A stretch of 34,926 nt of DNA, from IMG/VR virus record IMGVR_UViG_3300017644_000109, positions 1 to 34,926 of that record, one strand, 5' to 3'. Each line of letters opens with the position of its first letter. Positions within the stretch are counted from its first letter, which is position 1. A model generated the notes under the pieces. The model was given only the letters and a program-made list of their open reading frames with translations, did not search any database and had not been told where the DNA came from. The position numbers were made by a program, and so were the translations under genes. Source of the DNA: a virus (Duplodnaviria > Caudoviricetes). Shown piece by piece: positions 9,352 to 18,060 of this stretch.

Positions 9352-9918
9352 TTATGCGCGGCTTCCAGCTCGCGCGCCTGCGCCAGCAGCTGCGCCAGCG
9401 GCATCGCCCGCGCTGAAGTCAGCGAGCATTGCAGGGCCAGACTCAGCTGCCGCGCCAGCTTCTCCCACTGCTGCAGCCTGGCCCTCGGATCGCGGGCCTT
9501 GCGGCTCCTTCTCGCCCGCGACCGCCGCGTCGAACTCGGCCTGCGTGATGAGGCCATGGCGCAGGTGGGCGGCAAGGTCGACCAGCACCACGCGATCTTC
9601 GATCCGTTGCAGATCGAGCGGCGACAGGCGCCCAAACATCTCCAGCGTCAGCAGGTCCAGCGTGATGTCATCCAGGCCCGCGGCCTGGAAGCGCTCCACG
9701 TGACGCAGCGTCAGGGCGATCCGGTACAGCTCGTCCGAGACCAGCAAGGTGGGCTTGCCGTTGATATGGACGACACGCTCGGCCATCTGCAGGGCAGCGT
9801 ACTCGTCGGCCACGTTTGTTTCGCGCAACCGCACCGTGCGATAGCGCACCTCCTGCGTGCCGACCACCGACTTGAGGCCATCGACCAGCTGCACGACGTG
9901 AATGTCCTGGGTATTCAT
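9352..9918 (-). CDS. Tail assembly chaperone (Mu gp41-like)
   Basis: Between tube and tape measure; start MNTQDIH at 9918; VRLRE..VADE and LS..DL..I motifs. Confidence 0.8.
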   Translation of the reverse strand: MNTQDIHVVQLVDGLKSVVGTQEVRYRTVRLRETNVADEYAALQMAERVVHINGKPTLLVSDELYRIALTLRHVERFQAAGLDDITLDLLTLEMFGRLSPLDLQRIEDRVVLVDLAAHLRHGLITQAEFDAAVAGEKEPQGPRSEGQAAAVGEAGAAAESGPAMLADFSAGDAAGAAAGAGARAGSRA

Positions 9919-10004
9919 CTTGGGGGGTATCGAAGAAATAGGCCGGCTGGAAGAGTCGGTGGCGGGGCCGGCGCCCGCCACCGATCAGGCGTACCGCGTG
10001 GGCG

Positions 10005-10376
10005 TTACAGCCACTGCAGCGGGGTCAGCGCGACGAACTCGATGTCCACCGGGCCGGTCCCGATTTCGCCCATGCTGCGGAACGAACACTTGCCTGCGCG
10101 GCAGCGCCGGCCGGTATGCAGGTTCGTCATGACGATCTGCGCTTCACAGACCGCGCTTACCTGGTCCGGCGTCTTCGAGCCGTTGAATTGCAGCTTCGCC
10201 TTGATGATCCGGGGCACGCGCTTGCGCGTGGTGAAATCCGGGCCGCTGGCCGACAGTGCTGCTTCACGCTCGAAGCCGGCAGCGCCTTCAATCGTGGCGC
10301 TGCCGTCTTCAATCGGCCATTCCTCGCCGTCCACGGTGAAGCTGTCCACTCGATACAGTTCGCTTTCGCAAGCCAT
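10005..10376 (-). CDS. Tail tube protein (Mu gpM-like)
   Basis: 123 aa, directly after the sheath gene. Confidence 0.8.
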   Translation of the reverse strand: MACESELYRVDSFTVDGEEWPIEDGSATIEGAAGFEREAALSASGPDFTTRKRVPRIIKAKLQFNGSKTPDQVSAVCEAQIVMTNLHTGRRCRAGKCSFRSMGEIGTGPVDIEFVALTPLQWL

Positions 10377-10422
10377 CTCTTTCTCCGTTCAATGTCAGGG
10401 GTTTTGCGGGCGGCGCCGGGAA

Positions 10423-11901
10423 TCAGACGTGTCCAGCAATGAACTCGCTCGTGATTTCCGTCTGGTAGTGCTGCGTCACCAGTACCGGCTGGTCCACCAC
10501 CTTGAGCCGGCCGTTGGTGCCGTCCAGCTCGACCAGCAAGGTCTTCTTGTAGTGCTCGGCGTGCTGGAATAGGCCGGCCGCGATGAACTGGTCGTAGTTG
10601 TTGAGCATGATGTCCGTGCCGAGCTGGACGGTCATGATCTTCTGGCCCGGGATCGGCTCGACCAGGTATTCGGCAGCCTTGTAGCCGCGGTACTTGATCT
10701 GGATTTCGGTGACCGTGAACCAGCGGTAGTACGACAGCGTCTTGACCCAGTTCAGGTTGCGCCAGCTCGGATCCACCGCGCCGGTCGGGTGCTTGGTGTA
10801 GTTGGTCACCATGCGCAGCAGGTTCGCCGTGCCGTCTTCCATGGTTTCCATCACGGAGCCGCCCGCGTTCAGCAGGTTGTTCTTCTGCTCGCCCTCGAAG
10901 TCATCTTCCAGACGCGCGGCGACGTAGCCGACCAGCTTGATGCCGGTGAACGGCACCGCCGGGTCGGTCGCGCAATGGCTCTCGATGGCCGCAGCCGCGG
11001 CCGCGCAGGTCTCCCAGGTGTTGGACAGGTCCTTGGTCACGCACAAGGTGTGCACGAGCGGTGAGTTGCGCGGCTCCAGCCAGGCGGCCACCTGACCTTC
11101 GGTGCCCCGCACGACGGTGACCGCTTGGCCGTCCTGCATGTCGGCGAACGACCAGCGGCGCTCCAGCTCCTGCTCGAGCACACCCATGTTGGCGCTGTCG
11201 GTGTACGGCATGGCGTACTCGGTCGGCCGGAAGCCCTTGATCGCGGACAACACCGGCGTGATATCCGGGTCCACCGCACCGCCCGCCATGGGAGTGATGG
11301 TCAGCGTCACGCCTTGGGGCAGACGGTCGTCGGCGAAGTACGCACCCCGAAGGTCGATGCCGTTGCCGGTGGCGCCCTTCCAGCGGCAGGTCAGCGTGAT
11401 GTCGCCAGCCGCTTCGCCTGCCGTCGCGGTAACGGGCAGCCGGGTGCGAGCATTGATGGCAGTGATGAGCTTGGTTGCCACCGTGGCGGCCGTGTCGTTG
11501 ACGGCCACGCCCACGCGGATGCGTTCGCCGCCGATGTAGAGCGGCAGTTCCCCGGACGCGTGCTGCGCATCGACCTGCACCACCACCTTGCCAGTCGCGG
11601 CCACAGCGGTTTCGTCGTCGGTCAGGATGACCAGGTCGATGGGCATGCCCAGCGCGGCATTCGCCTTTGCCGCACGCCACATCGCCAGCAGCATGGAGCC
11701 TTCGCCCAGCACGCCGATCGCTTCGGCCTCGCTGGTGACGCGCTGACGCTTGGTGATATCCACGCCGGCCGGCGGCTTGGCCTGGCCGATCAGCAGCAGG
11801 CTGCGCGGCATCCCGCGCAAGCCGCGAATGGCCTTGCTGGCGTCGAACTTGTGGGCGACGCCGGGCATCAGGTAGGTGGTGGAGAGCAGATCGGGCAGCA
11901 T
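10423..11901 (-). CDS. Tail sheath protein (Mu gpL-like)
   Basis: LLLIGQ, G.GSML..M, LPVTA, KGATGNGI and MAGGAVDPDI motifs. Confidence 0.95.
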   Translation of the reverse strand: MLPDLLSTTYLMPGVAHKFDASKAIRGLRGMPRSLLLIGQAKPPAGVDITKRQRVTSEAEAIGVLGEGSMLLAMWRAAKANAALGMPIDLVILTDDETAVAATGKVVVQVDAQHASGELPLYIGGERIRVGVAVNDTAATVATKLITAINARTRLPVTATAGEAAGDITLTCRWKGATGNGIDLRGAYFADDRLPQGVTLTITPMAGGAVDPDITPVLSAIKGFRPTEYAMPYTDSANMGVLEQELERRWSFADMQDGQAVTVVRGTEGQVAAWLEPRNSPLVHTLCVTKDLSNTWETCAAAAAAIESHCATDPAVPFTGIKLVGYVAARLEDDFEGEQKNNLLNAGGSVMETMEDGTANLLRMVTNYTKHPTGAVDPSWRNLNWVKTLSYYRWFTVTEIQIKYRGYKAAEYLVEPIPGQKIMTVQLGTDIMLNNYDQFIAAGLFQHAEHYKKTLLVELDGTNGRLKVVDQPVLVTQHYQTEITSEFIAGHV

Positions 11902-11958
11902 GGTTGTTCGTCCTGTGATGGGTGGTTAAATCGGCGTTGAACCAGGGTTGATGAGGCG

Positions 11959-12225
11959 TTACAGCGGCCTGCGGATCAGGTCGCCGTCCGCGAGCAGCCG
12001 CAGAATCCGCAGCGTCACGGTGGCGCGGCTGACTTCCGTTTCGCTGTAGCGCCCGCCGTACTCCAGGTTTGCCAGCACGCGGCCGGGGCCGGCTACGACG
12101 GCGATCTGCTCGCCCAGGCGCGGCGCCTTGAATGTCGGCGCCGGTGCCGGCGCGGGCGGGGCGGGTTCGTTGTTACCGACCTCGATGTCGGTCGCGGGGG
12201 TCGTATCTTTGCTGACTCGCGCCAT
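11959..12225 (-). CDS. Small protein upstream of sheath (Mu gp38-like position)
   Basis: Synteny; C-terminal RLLADGDL motif. Confidence 0.6.
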   Translation of the reverse strand: MARVSKDTTPATDIEVGNNEPAPPAPAPAPTFKAPRLGEQIAVVAGPGRVLANLEYGGRYSETEVSRATVTLRILRLLADGDLIRRPL

Positions 12226-12228
12226 GCT

Positions 12229-12810
12229 TCACTCCATTTCCAGTTCGTGTGTAATCGCCGGACCGGCGGGCGGCTCCGGCGGCGCCGGCACCGAAGTGAC
12301 GGCATGGGTTTCCATATCGACCTCTACCAGGTCGTGCAGCTCGGGCAGCACCTTGGGAAACTCGGCTTCCTGCCACCAGGCCACCATCCACAGCGCCAGC
12401 CCTTGCTTGTCGAGCTTGCGGTTGTAGAGGTTCTCCGCCATCACGCCTTCCGCCTTGCCTGCGCATGCCGGCTGGTCCCAACCATTGACCAGGCGGGACA
12501 CCACCTCGGCGCGCGCCATGGCAGCGCGCATGCGCGCCTCGCGGGTCCTGTCCTTGGTCACGATGAACACCGCGAGGCGCAGCTCCCAGACGTAGCGGCC
12601 GGTCAAGTAGCTGCTCCTGGGGGCCTTGCGCCAGCCCAGGCAGGCCGTGAAGGCGGCTGGCGCGTTAAACGACTTGGCGCCGATCTCGTCTTCGTCAAAC
12701 TGGCCGCCGTAGTCCTCGACGGTGTCGAACAGCTTGCCGGCCTTGGCCTTGATTTCATCCTTGAGGGCGTCCAGCAGCTGCAGTCCCTTCAGTTCCGGCA
12801 CGACGCTCAT
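12229..12810 (-). CDS. Tail terminator / Mu gp37-like protein
   Basis: VEDYGGQF and PAAF motifs; synteny after gpG. Confidence 0.7.
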   Translation of the reverse strand: MSVVPELKGLQLLDALKDEIKAKAGKLFDTVEDYGGQFDEDEIGAKSFNAPAAFTACLGWRKAPRSSYLTGRYVWELRLAVFIVTKDRTREARMRAAMARAEVVSRLVNGWDQPACAGKAEGVMAENLYNRKLDKQGLALWMVAWWQEAEFPKVLPELHDLVEVDMETHAVTSVPAPPEPPAGPAITHELEME

Positions 12811-13241
12811 TGCATATCCTTCAGTGCATTGACCAGCTTGTTGCCGATAACGCGTTCGTCCAGGTCGTTGACGCCCAGCACCGGCCGCGCTTCGATGTGA
12901 GTCCGATGGCCGCGCCCGGTGTCGCCACCAAAGTGGTGAATCGCCGCATAAGCCAAGTTGCTGCCCACGGTCACGCCCTTAGAAACCAGCTGGTAGACGT
13001 AGCTCTGGTACAGCAGCCGGTTCTCGATCAGCGTCTGTCCTTGGCGTGCGATGGCGGCCTTGGACTGCGACATGGCCGTGCCATCCCACAGGCGCTGCTC
13101 ATCGAACCGATCCTGGATTTGCCCGACCATGTATTCGCCGATGTCCTGCCGAACGCGCACGAATTGCTCTTGCGCCAGGCGCTCCAGGTGAGCACGCAGC
13201 GGTTCGTCATCGAACTGCCAGCGAAGCGAAACGCCGTTCAT
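12807..13241 (-). CDS. Virion morphogenesis protein (Mu gpG-like)
   Basis: VGSNLAYAAIHHFGG and IEARPVLG motifs. Confidence 0.92.
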   Translation of the reverse strand: MNGVSLRWQFDDEPLRAHLERLAQEQFVRVRQDIGEYMVGQIQDRFDEQRLWDGTAMSQSKAAIARQGQTLIENRLLYQSYVYQLVSKGVTVGSNLAYAAIHHFGGDTGRGHRTHIEARPVLGVNDLDERVIGNKLVNALKDMQ

Positions 13242-13735
13242 CTGCCGTACCCGTCCGCGATGCTCGGCACCTTGCCCCAGCGGATCTGACGCACCGTCGA
13301 CGACGGCGCCGGCAGCAACCGCACCACGCCGGCCGCCACGTCCTTGAGCCAGACATCCCAGCGCTTGCAGCGCTTTTCCTGCTGCTCCGTCAGGTTGTCG
13401 GGGTCATCCATCAGCTGGCACCGGGTCAGCTCCAGGCAGCAGGTCTTCAGCGGCGTCTGCGCGATGTCGGCCGCCGACAACGGCAACGTCACTGCGCTGC
13501 GCAGGTAGCCGTCCATGAACAGGCTCATGTCGACGAGCATCGACGCCAAGCGGCCGATGGCGGCGTCGCACACCGCCTTCTCGGCTTCAGTCCGATCCGC
13601 GCCGTACGCGCCCGCCAAGCCTTCGCCCAGCAGCTCCGGCGACAGCAGCTCGTCCTGCTCGTCGCGCAACAGCTGGTAGGTCTCAGACAGGCCGTACTCC
13701 TGGGCGAATTGAGAGGCGGTCGCGTAGGCACTCAT
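13238..13735 (-). CDS. Head-tail connector, Mu gp36 (DUF1320)-like
   Basis: YAT, DGYL, CC.LTR..L and WLKDVAAG motifs. Confidence 0.85.
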   Translation of the reverse strand: MSAYATASQFAQEYGLSETYQLLRDEQDELLSPELLGEGLAGAYGADRTEAEKAVCDAAIGRLASMLVDMSLFMDGYLRSAVTLPLSAADIAQTPLKTCCLELTRCQLMDDPDNLTEQQEKRCKRWDVWLKDVAAGVVRLLPAPSSTVRQIRWGKVPSIADGYGR

Positions 13736-14136
13736 CGGCGCGCCTTGCCTTTCGTGGCAGCGGGTTTAGCGCGCGCCGTCCGGCTCTTCTGGGCCTCCGC
13801 TGCAGGCTCGGAGGCAGCCGAGGCGGGCTTGGCGGCAACGTCGGTCGTGGCCGGCGCGGCTGCGCCACTGGTCACCTGGCCGTCTTCCTGGGACGGCGCG
13901 GTAGGCGCGTGCCCATCCGACGGCGGCGGCGCGGTGCTTGCCAGGGCCGCAGCGGAACCGGAGGCGCCTTCGCCGCCTTGGTCTGCTCCGCTGTCGTCCT
14001 CGGCCAGCTCGCGCAAAGTGGTGCCAACCAGGTCGCGGACATCCTCCGGGTGGGCATGCACGATCGCGCCCACGCCGCGAGAGCGGCGATACAGCCGAAC
14101 CGGCGCAAGGACTTCATAGGTTTTCATCTCGCTCAT
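13732..14136 (-). CDS. Hypothetical virion-associated protein with low-complexity Ala/Pro/Ser tail
   Basis: GGAG RBS before ATG at 14136; 4-nt overlap with the next gene. Confidence 0.65.
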   Translation of the reverse strand: MSEMKTYEVLAPVRLYRRSRGVGAIVHAHPEDVRDLVGTTLRELAEDDSGADQGGEGASGSAAALASTAPPPSDGHAPTAPSQEDGQVTSGAAAPATTDVAAKPASAASEPAAEAQKSRTARAKPAATKGKARR

Positions 14137-14208
14137 GGGGTTCTCCACGTGCGGCCCGGCCGGCGCCGCACTGCCACGCCGGCCGGGGTCGCTCACGCTC
14201 CAGGGGTG

Positions 14209-15159
14209 TTATGCGGCCGGGGTGATGACGTCCTGCAGGAAGAAGCCCAGGTGCGGGGCGCAGATGACTTCCTTGACCGATTCGCCCACGCGCACGCGGC
14301 GACCGCCACGCAGGCCGATGGTGCTGTCGTCCTTCGACCCGGCGACACGCGTGCCGTATTGCGCGGTAAAGCCGAAGGTCACGTTGGAGCCGTCCACCAC
14401 GCCTGCCACCTTGGCGGCAGCCTTGTCCTGGTAGATCAGGGCCATGCCGCCGCGCCAGCACGGACGCAGCTCGGCGGCCTTGCCCGGCTTGGCGTAGTTC
14501 ACGCGCGCGCGGCCGACCAGGATGTCCTCGATCTCCAGCAGCTCGGCCACTTGCTGGCGCGTGGCGGCACCCTTATCGCCGTTGTTGCCGTGCACGGCCT
14601 TGACCACGGCCGGATGGGTACGCAGCAGGCGCCATTCCGCTTGCCCGATCACGGCGATGTTCGGCCGCATGATGGGGCGGTCCAGCACGTCCAGCAGGTA
14701 TTCCACGGGATCGCTGCCAGCGGCGTCGAATCGGTCAGTGGCGGACACCACCTCCGAGTTGCCGGCGTAGCTGTCCTTGTTGAACACCAGGCGCGACGTG
14801 CGCACTTCGCGGTCCAGAATAATCAGACCCGACAACATCTCGGTGGTCAGCGCCTCGATGTTGGTATTGGCCGGCGCATTGTTGATGTCGCTGATGGGCA
14901 GCGGATGGTCCAGGCCGTGGTCTTCGGTCTCGTCGGTCACGCGCTTGCCGCTGAACTCGACCTCGTTGACCTGCGAGCGACGGCCGACCTTGGTGTCCGG
15001 CACCGTGAACTGCTGCTCGGCCGGGTACGACTGGTAGGAGAACTTCTCCTTGCCGAGCGGCGCGGTACGCGGCAGCACCTCGTCGGCGATCATCATTTGA
15101 TTCCGGACGATCACGGCGATGGCGGTCAGCTGCGTGTCCTGCGGAAACGGGCTATCCAT
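14209..15159 (-). CDS. Major capsid protein
   Basis: 316 aa after scaffold and cement genes; LTAIA..IADEVLP, SDP, RPN and HP motifs; AGGAG RBS. Confidence 0.88.
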   Translation of the reverse strand: MDSPFPQDTQLTAIAVIVRNQMMIADEVLPRTAPLGKEKFSYQSYPAEQQFTVPDTKVGRRSQVNEVEFSGKRVTDETEDHGLDHPLPISDINNAPANTNIEALTTEMLSGLIILDREVRTSRLVFNKDSYAGNSEVVSATDRFDAAGSDPVEYLLDVLDRPIMRPNIAVIGQAEWRLLRTHPAVVKAVHGNNGDKGAATRQQVAELLEIEDILVGRARVNYAKPGKAAELRPCWRGGMALIYQDKAAAKVAGVVDGSNVTFGFTAQYGTRVAGSKDDSTIGLRGGRRVRVGESVKEVICAPHLGFFLQDVITPAA

Positions 15160-15228
15160 GTGTTTGGCTCCTGGGTTCGTTCAGTCTTGAACAGGGTTTC
15201 GAAGGGAACTCGATTGGCTAGCTGTCGC

Positions 15229-15588
15229 TCAGCCGTGGGCGATCAGGATGGCGCCGCGGTCGCCCGCCACACCGGCCACCTCGGCCACGCCGACGAACGC
15301 CTCGCCGGCTGCGATGGGGATGGCGCGGCCTTCCGCGTCGGCCTTCACGCGGTCACCACGGGCCACGGCGGCGCCGTAGATGACGGGCGCGATGCCCAGC
15401 TGCGCGACATCGACGCGCTTGCCATCGGCCGCGTCCGCGTCGCAGCTGACGCCGCGCAGCTTCTCGCCGGGCGCGCCGGTGGCCAGCTTCACCGTGTCAT
15501 CCTGGTCGCCGTACGCCACCAGGCGGTACGCGGCCACGGCGCCCTGGGCAATGAAGTTGCCGATCAGGATTCGTTTGTTGGTCAGCAT
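15229..15588 (-). CDS. Capsid cement/decoration protein (DUF2190-like)
   Basis: 119 aa Gly/Ala/Val-rich beta protein between scaffold and capsid genes; GAGGA RBS. Confidence 0.75.
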   Translation of the reverse strand: MLTNKRILIGNFIAQGAVAAYRLVAYGDQDDTVKLATGAPGEKLRGVSCDADAADGKRVDVAQLGIAPVIYGAAVARGDRVKADAEGRAIPIAAGEAFVGVAEVAGVAGDRGAILIAHG

Positions 15589-15628
15589 GAAGTCCTCGTC
15601 TGCTGGGTTGGGAAGAGCTGGCCGCGCG

Positions 15629-16135
15629 TCAGGACTTGCTGACGTGCATGACCGCGTCGGCGTACGAGACCGTCATGCCCTTGGCCTCCTGCGCCTTCAT
15701 GTACTCGTGCGCTGCCGTCGCGAGCTGCTGGGCATCGTTCGGATCGATGGCCACCGGCTCGCCGCCATCCTGGCCGGCACCCAGCTTCACCACCGGGGCG
15801 CGGCTCGCCATGAAGTCGGCAAACCACTGCGCCGTCGTCTTGCTGGCCGTCTGGCCGTCGTGCGCCGAGAACTCGAACGATTGGGCCGCGCCGGTCTCCA
15901 GCTGGGCCATGAACTCGGCCAAGCCGGCCTTCTCGGCGGGGGTCACCTTGCCTTCGCGGACCCAGCCGTCGATCTGGCCTTGAATGCGCGCGGCGCGGCG
16001 CTCGCCCTCGGCCTGGCTGGCGCGGGCATTGGCGTCGGTTACCTGTTGGCTGAACTCGGCGGCAGCGGCCTGACGCCCTTGCGCTTCGCCTTCCTGGCGA
16101 GCGCGATCCAGATCGGCTTGAGTGAACGTGGTCAC
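15629..16135 (-). CDS. Nested in-frame scaffold protein (Mu gpZ-like)
   Basis: Internal AGGAG (16148-16144) 8 nt before an in-frame GTG at 16135; coiled-coil C-terminal half. Confidence 0.65.
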   Translation of the reverse strand: MTTFTQADLDRARQEGEAQGRQAAAAEFSQQVTDANARASQAEGERRAARIQGQIDGWVREGKVTPAEKAGLAEFMAQLETGAAQSFEFSAHDGQTASKTTAQWFADFMASRAPVVKLGAGQDGGEPVAIDPNDAQQLATAAHEYMKAQEAKGMTVSYADAVMHVSKS

Positions 16136-16783
16136 GGTGGTTGCTCCTGGCTTGGAAAAAGCGGGGTTGTTCTCGCGCGGCGTGTCCAGGTCGGCGGCCA
16201 CGTCGGCCAGCGAGTCGATTTCCCAGTTCGACACCAGCGCGTCGGCAGCTGCCTGGCCCTTCTCGGCGATCACGGATTCACGCAGGCGGCGCAGGACGCC
16301 GGCCATCGATTCGAAGGCCCAGCGCAGCCGGTACGGCTCGGGCATGGCGAACTCCAGGGCTTCCTGGCCGTCGCTGAACTGAACCGGTCGCAGGCCGTCG
16401 ATCGCGGGCGGCGTGGCGCCCAGCCAGCCGACATGCCGCAGGCGCCAGCCGTGCTCACCGTCCTTGTAGACGGACACCGAGCGGTTGCGGTAGGCGCCCG
16501 ATTGCACGCCCTTGGCGAAGTCGGGATTGATGTCGGTGAACTTGACGAAAAGGCGGTCGCCTTCGCGCTTGATGTCGGAGGTCCAGGCGTAGGCCGGATC
16601 GTTGTCCTTGGGATGTCCCAGCACGGCCGGCGCGGCGCCAAGCGCCTGATTGGCGACGATCTGGTCCAGATCGGCCTGGGTGAATTCGCAGCGCTTGCCG
16701 TCGCTTGCGACGTGCGAGCCTGCGCGGAAGACCTCAATCCAGCCGGCGAGGCCCTTGTCTTGGGAGGTGGTGTGCTTGTCCAT
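15629..16783 (-). CDS. Prohead protease/scaffold (Mu gpI-like)
   Basis: WIEVFRAG, GHP...PAYAW, YRNRSVS and LRHVGWLGATPPAIDGL motifs; start MDKHT at 16783. Confidence 0.88.
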   Translation of the reverse strand: MDKHTTSQDKGLAGWIEVFRAGSHVASDGKRCEFTQADLDQIVANQALGAAPAVLGHPKDNDPAYAWTSDIKREGDRLFVKFTDINPDFAKGVQSGAYRNRSVSVYKDGEHGWRLRHVGWLGATPPAIDGLRPVQFSDGQEALEFAMPEPYRLRWAFESMAGVLRRLRESVIAEKGQAAADALVSNWEIDSLADVAADLDTPRENNPAFSKPGATTVTTFTQADLDRARQEGEAQGRQAAAAEFSQQVTDANARASQAEGERRAARIQGQIDGWVREGKVTPAEKAGLAEFMAQLETGAAQSFEFSAHDGQTASKTTAQWFADFMASRAPVVKLGAGQDGGEPVAIDPNDAQQLATAAHEYMKAQEAKGMTVSYADAVMHVSKS

Positions 16784-16790
16784 GCCTCGC

Positions 16791-16836
16791 AGTCTGCGGG
16801 CGATGGCGCGCCAAAGAATGGTGAACCATTTCACAA
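16791..16836 (-). promoter_or_regulatory. Putative late promoter for head/tail operon (possibly leaderless)
   Basis: TTGTGAA-ATGG-TTCACCA, 24 nt from TTCAC to CAGACT (16796-16791), then 7 nt to the protease ATG. Confidence 0.65.
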
Positions 16837-17010
16837 GCAAATGGTTCTGCGAGGCGGAGCTGCAGGGGTAGAAAAGGGCGACGCGTTAAAACGGCCTACA
16901 ACGCGTTTTGGTGCCTTGGGGGTACAACGGTAGCCGCCAAGGGATGCGCGACGTTTTTAAACGCTTGTACGCGCGTTTTAAAGGGGGTGTGACCGGAGGG
17001 AGTGCGCGGC

Positions 17011-17415
17011 TCAGTCGAACAGGCTGCCGCTGGTGGGCGTCGGGGCGTGTTCGCCCAGGATCTGGAACACCCGGCGCATGGAGTATCCCACTCGCAGGGC
17101 GATGGCGTCCACGGGCAGACGCTCGTGATAGCGCAAATGGCGGATCATCTGATGGCGTTGCTGGCGCATCACGGCGTCGTTCTTCGGCAGCATCAGGGTT
17201 TCGCCGCTGAACCGCTCGACCAGCGCGACGAACTGCGCCGGGCCGATCAGCTCCACGAGCGGGTGCTGCGGATCGACCCGCTTGGGCACCGACAGGTAAG
17301 CGCCGCCGCGCCATTCGATCAGGCGAAATGCCGCCGCCTCACCGATGCAGTCGATGAGTTCGCGCAGCAGCTCGGGCAGCGCGCGGTGGTCGATGATGAC
17401 AGGCGGCGTGGTCAC
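17011..17415 (-). CDS. Mor/C-family transcription activator
   Basis: LPELLRELIDCIG..GG.YLSVPK, duplicated LIG..F.GETL.LPK and a C-terminal HTH (IALRVGYSMRRVFQIL). Confidence 0.88.
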   Translation of the reverse strand: MTTPPVIIDHRALPELLRELIDCIGEAAAFRLIEWRGGAYLSVPKRVDPQHPLVELIGPAQFVALVERFSGETLMLPKNDAVMRQQRHQMIRHLRYHERLPVDAIALRVGYSMRRVFQILGEHAPTPTSGSLFD

Positions 17416-17852
17416 GGATTCAGGTCGGCGGTGGGATCGACGCGCAGCAGCCACTGCTTCAGGGACTCGATGAGGTGTTGCAGCTGGGTGCTGTTGGCAA
17501 AGCGCAGGGCCGCCAGGCGCGGCACGGACCGCTTGCACCACGACTCCATCGCTTCGCGCGTGTTCACGCGCACGGCCCCACGCGCCGCCAGCGCGCCCCA
17601 AAGTGCGTCGAGCTTGCGCAGCTGCGGCTCGCGCCAAGTGCCAGTGTCTTGCCGCCCGCTGGCGGCGTCCAGCAGCTTGCCCAGGTGCGCGTGCGCCTGG
17701 CGGCGCTGACGCTCGTTCAGCTCGGTGGCGGATGCCACGCCAAACTGCCCGCGCAGCCAGTCCTTGTACTGGTCTTCGGACATGCCAGCTTTCGTCGCCT
17801 TCAGGCGAATCATCTGGCGGTCGCGCTTGGCCGGATCGGTCGAGAGTGCCAT
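17412..17852 (-). CDS. gemA: GemA / Mu gp16 (DUF1018) family protein
   Basis: GMSEDQYKDWL...G..S..EL, KLDALW and LIESLKQW motifs; directly upstream of mor. Confidence 0.85.
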   Translation of the reverse strand: MALSTDPAKRDRQMIRLKATKAGMSEDQYKDWLRGQFGVASATELNERQRRQAHAHLGKLLDAASGRQDTGTWREPQLRKLDALWGALAARGAVRVNTREAMESWCKRSVPRLAALRFANSTQLQHLIESLKQWLLRVDPTADLNP

Positions 17853-17853
17853 G

Positions 17854-18048
17854 TCAGCCCTGCTGGTCCTCGGCCGCGAGCGCGCGGCAGATCGCCCGCG
17901 CATGGGCGGTTTCCGCCATGCCAAGATGCAAGGCGCCGTCCTGCCAGGCGCGGACGAACTCGCGCGCTGCGATGACCAGGGCGGACGATGCGGCCACGGC
18001 GTGCGGCTGGGCGTCCATGTTCGTGACCTCGTTGCTGCTGTTCTCCAC
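17854..18048 (-). CDS. Small hypothetical protein (64 aa)
   Basis: AAGGAG RBS then GTG at 18048; fills the gap between the ribozyme and gemA. Confidence 0.6.
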   Translation of the reverse strand: MENSSNEVTNMDAQPHAVAASSALVIAAREFVRAWQDGALHLGMAETAHARAICRALAAEDQQG

Positions 18049-18060
18049 TGCAATCTCCTT

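Noticed and set aside
9956-9984. Hairpins after tube and capsid genes as intrinsic terminators
   Set aside because: No U-tract on the coding strand; kept as structured elements instead
8833-10572. Long antisense ORFs (also 13909-15642, 15380-16933, 22536-23774, 30498-31958, 31837-33246)
   Set aside because: Shadows of GC-rich codon usage opposite well-supported genes; no recognisable motifs
16784-16840. Upstream TTG start for the protease, and other longest-ORF starts (684, 1471, 5487, 9981, 17637, 18053, 19898, 20827, 21057, 21719, 25027, 25368, 27573, 31693)
   Set aside because: Extensions overlap neighbouring genes or regulatory elements; downstream starts fit SD, coupling or motif evidence better
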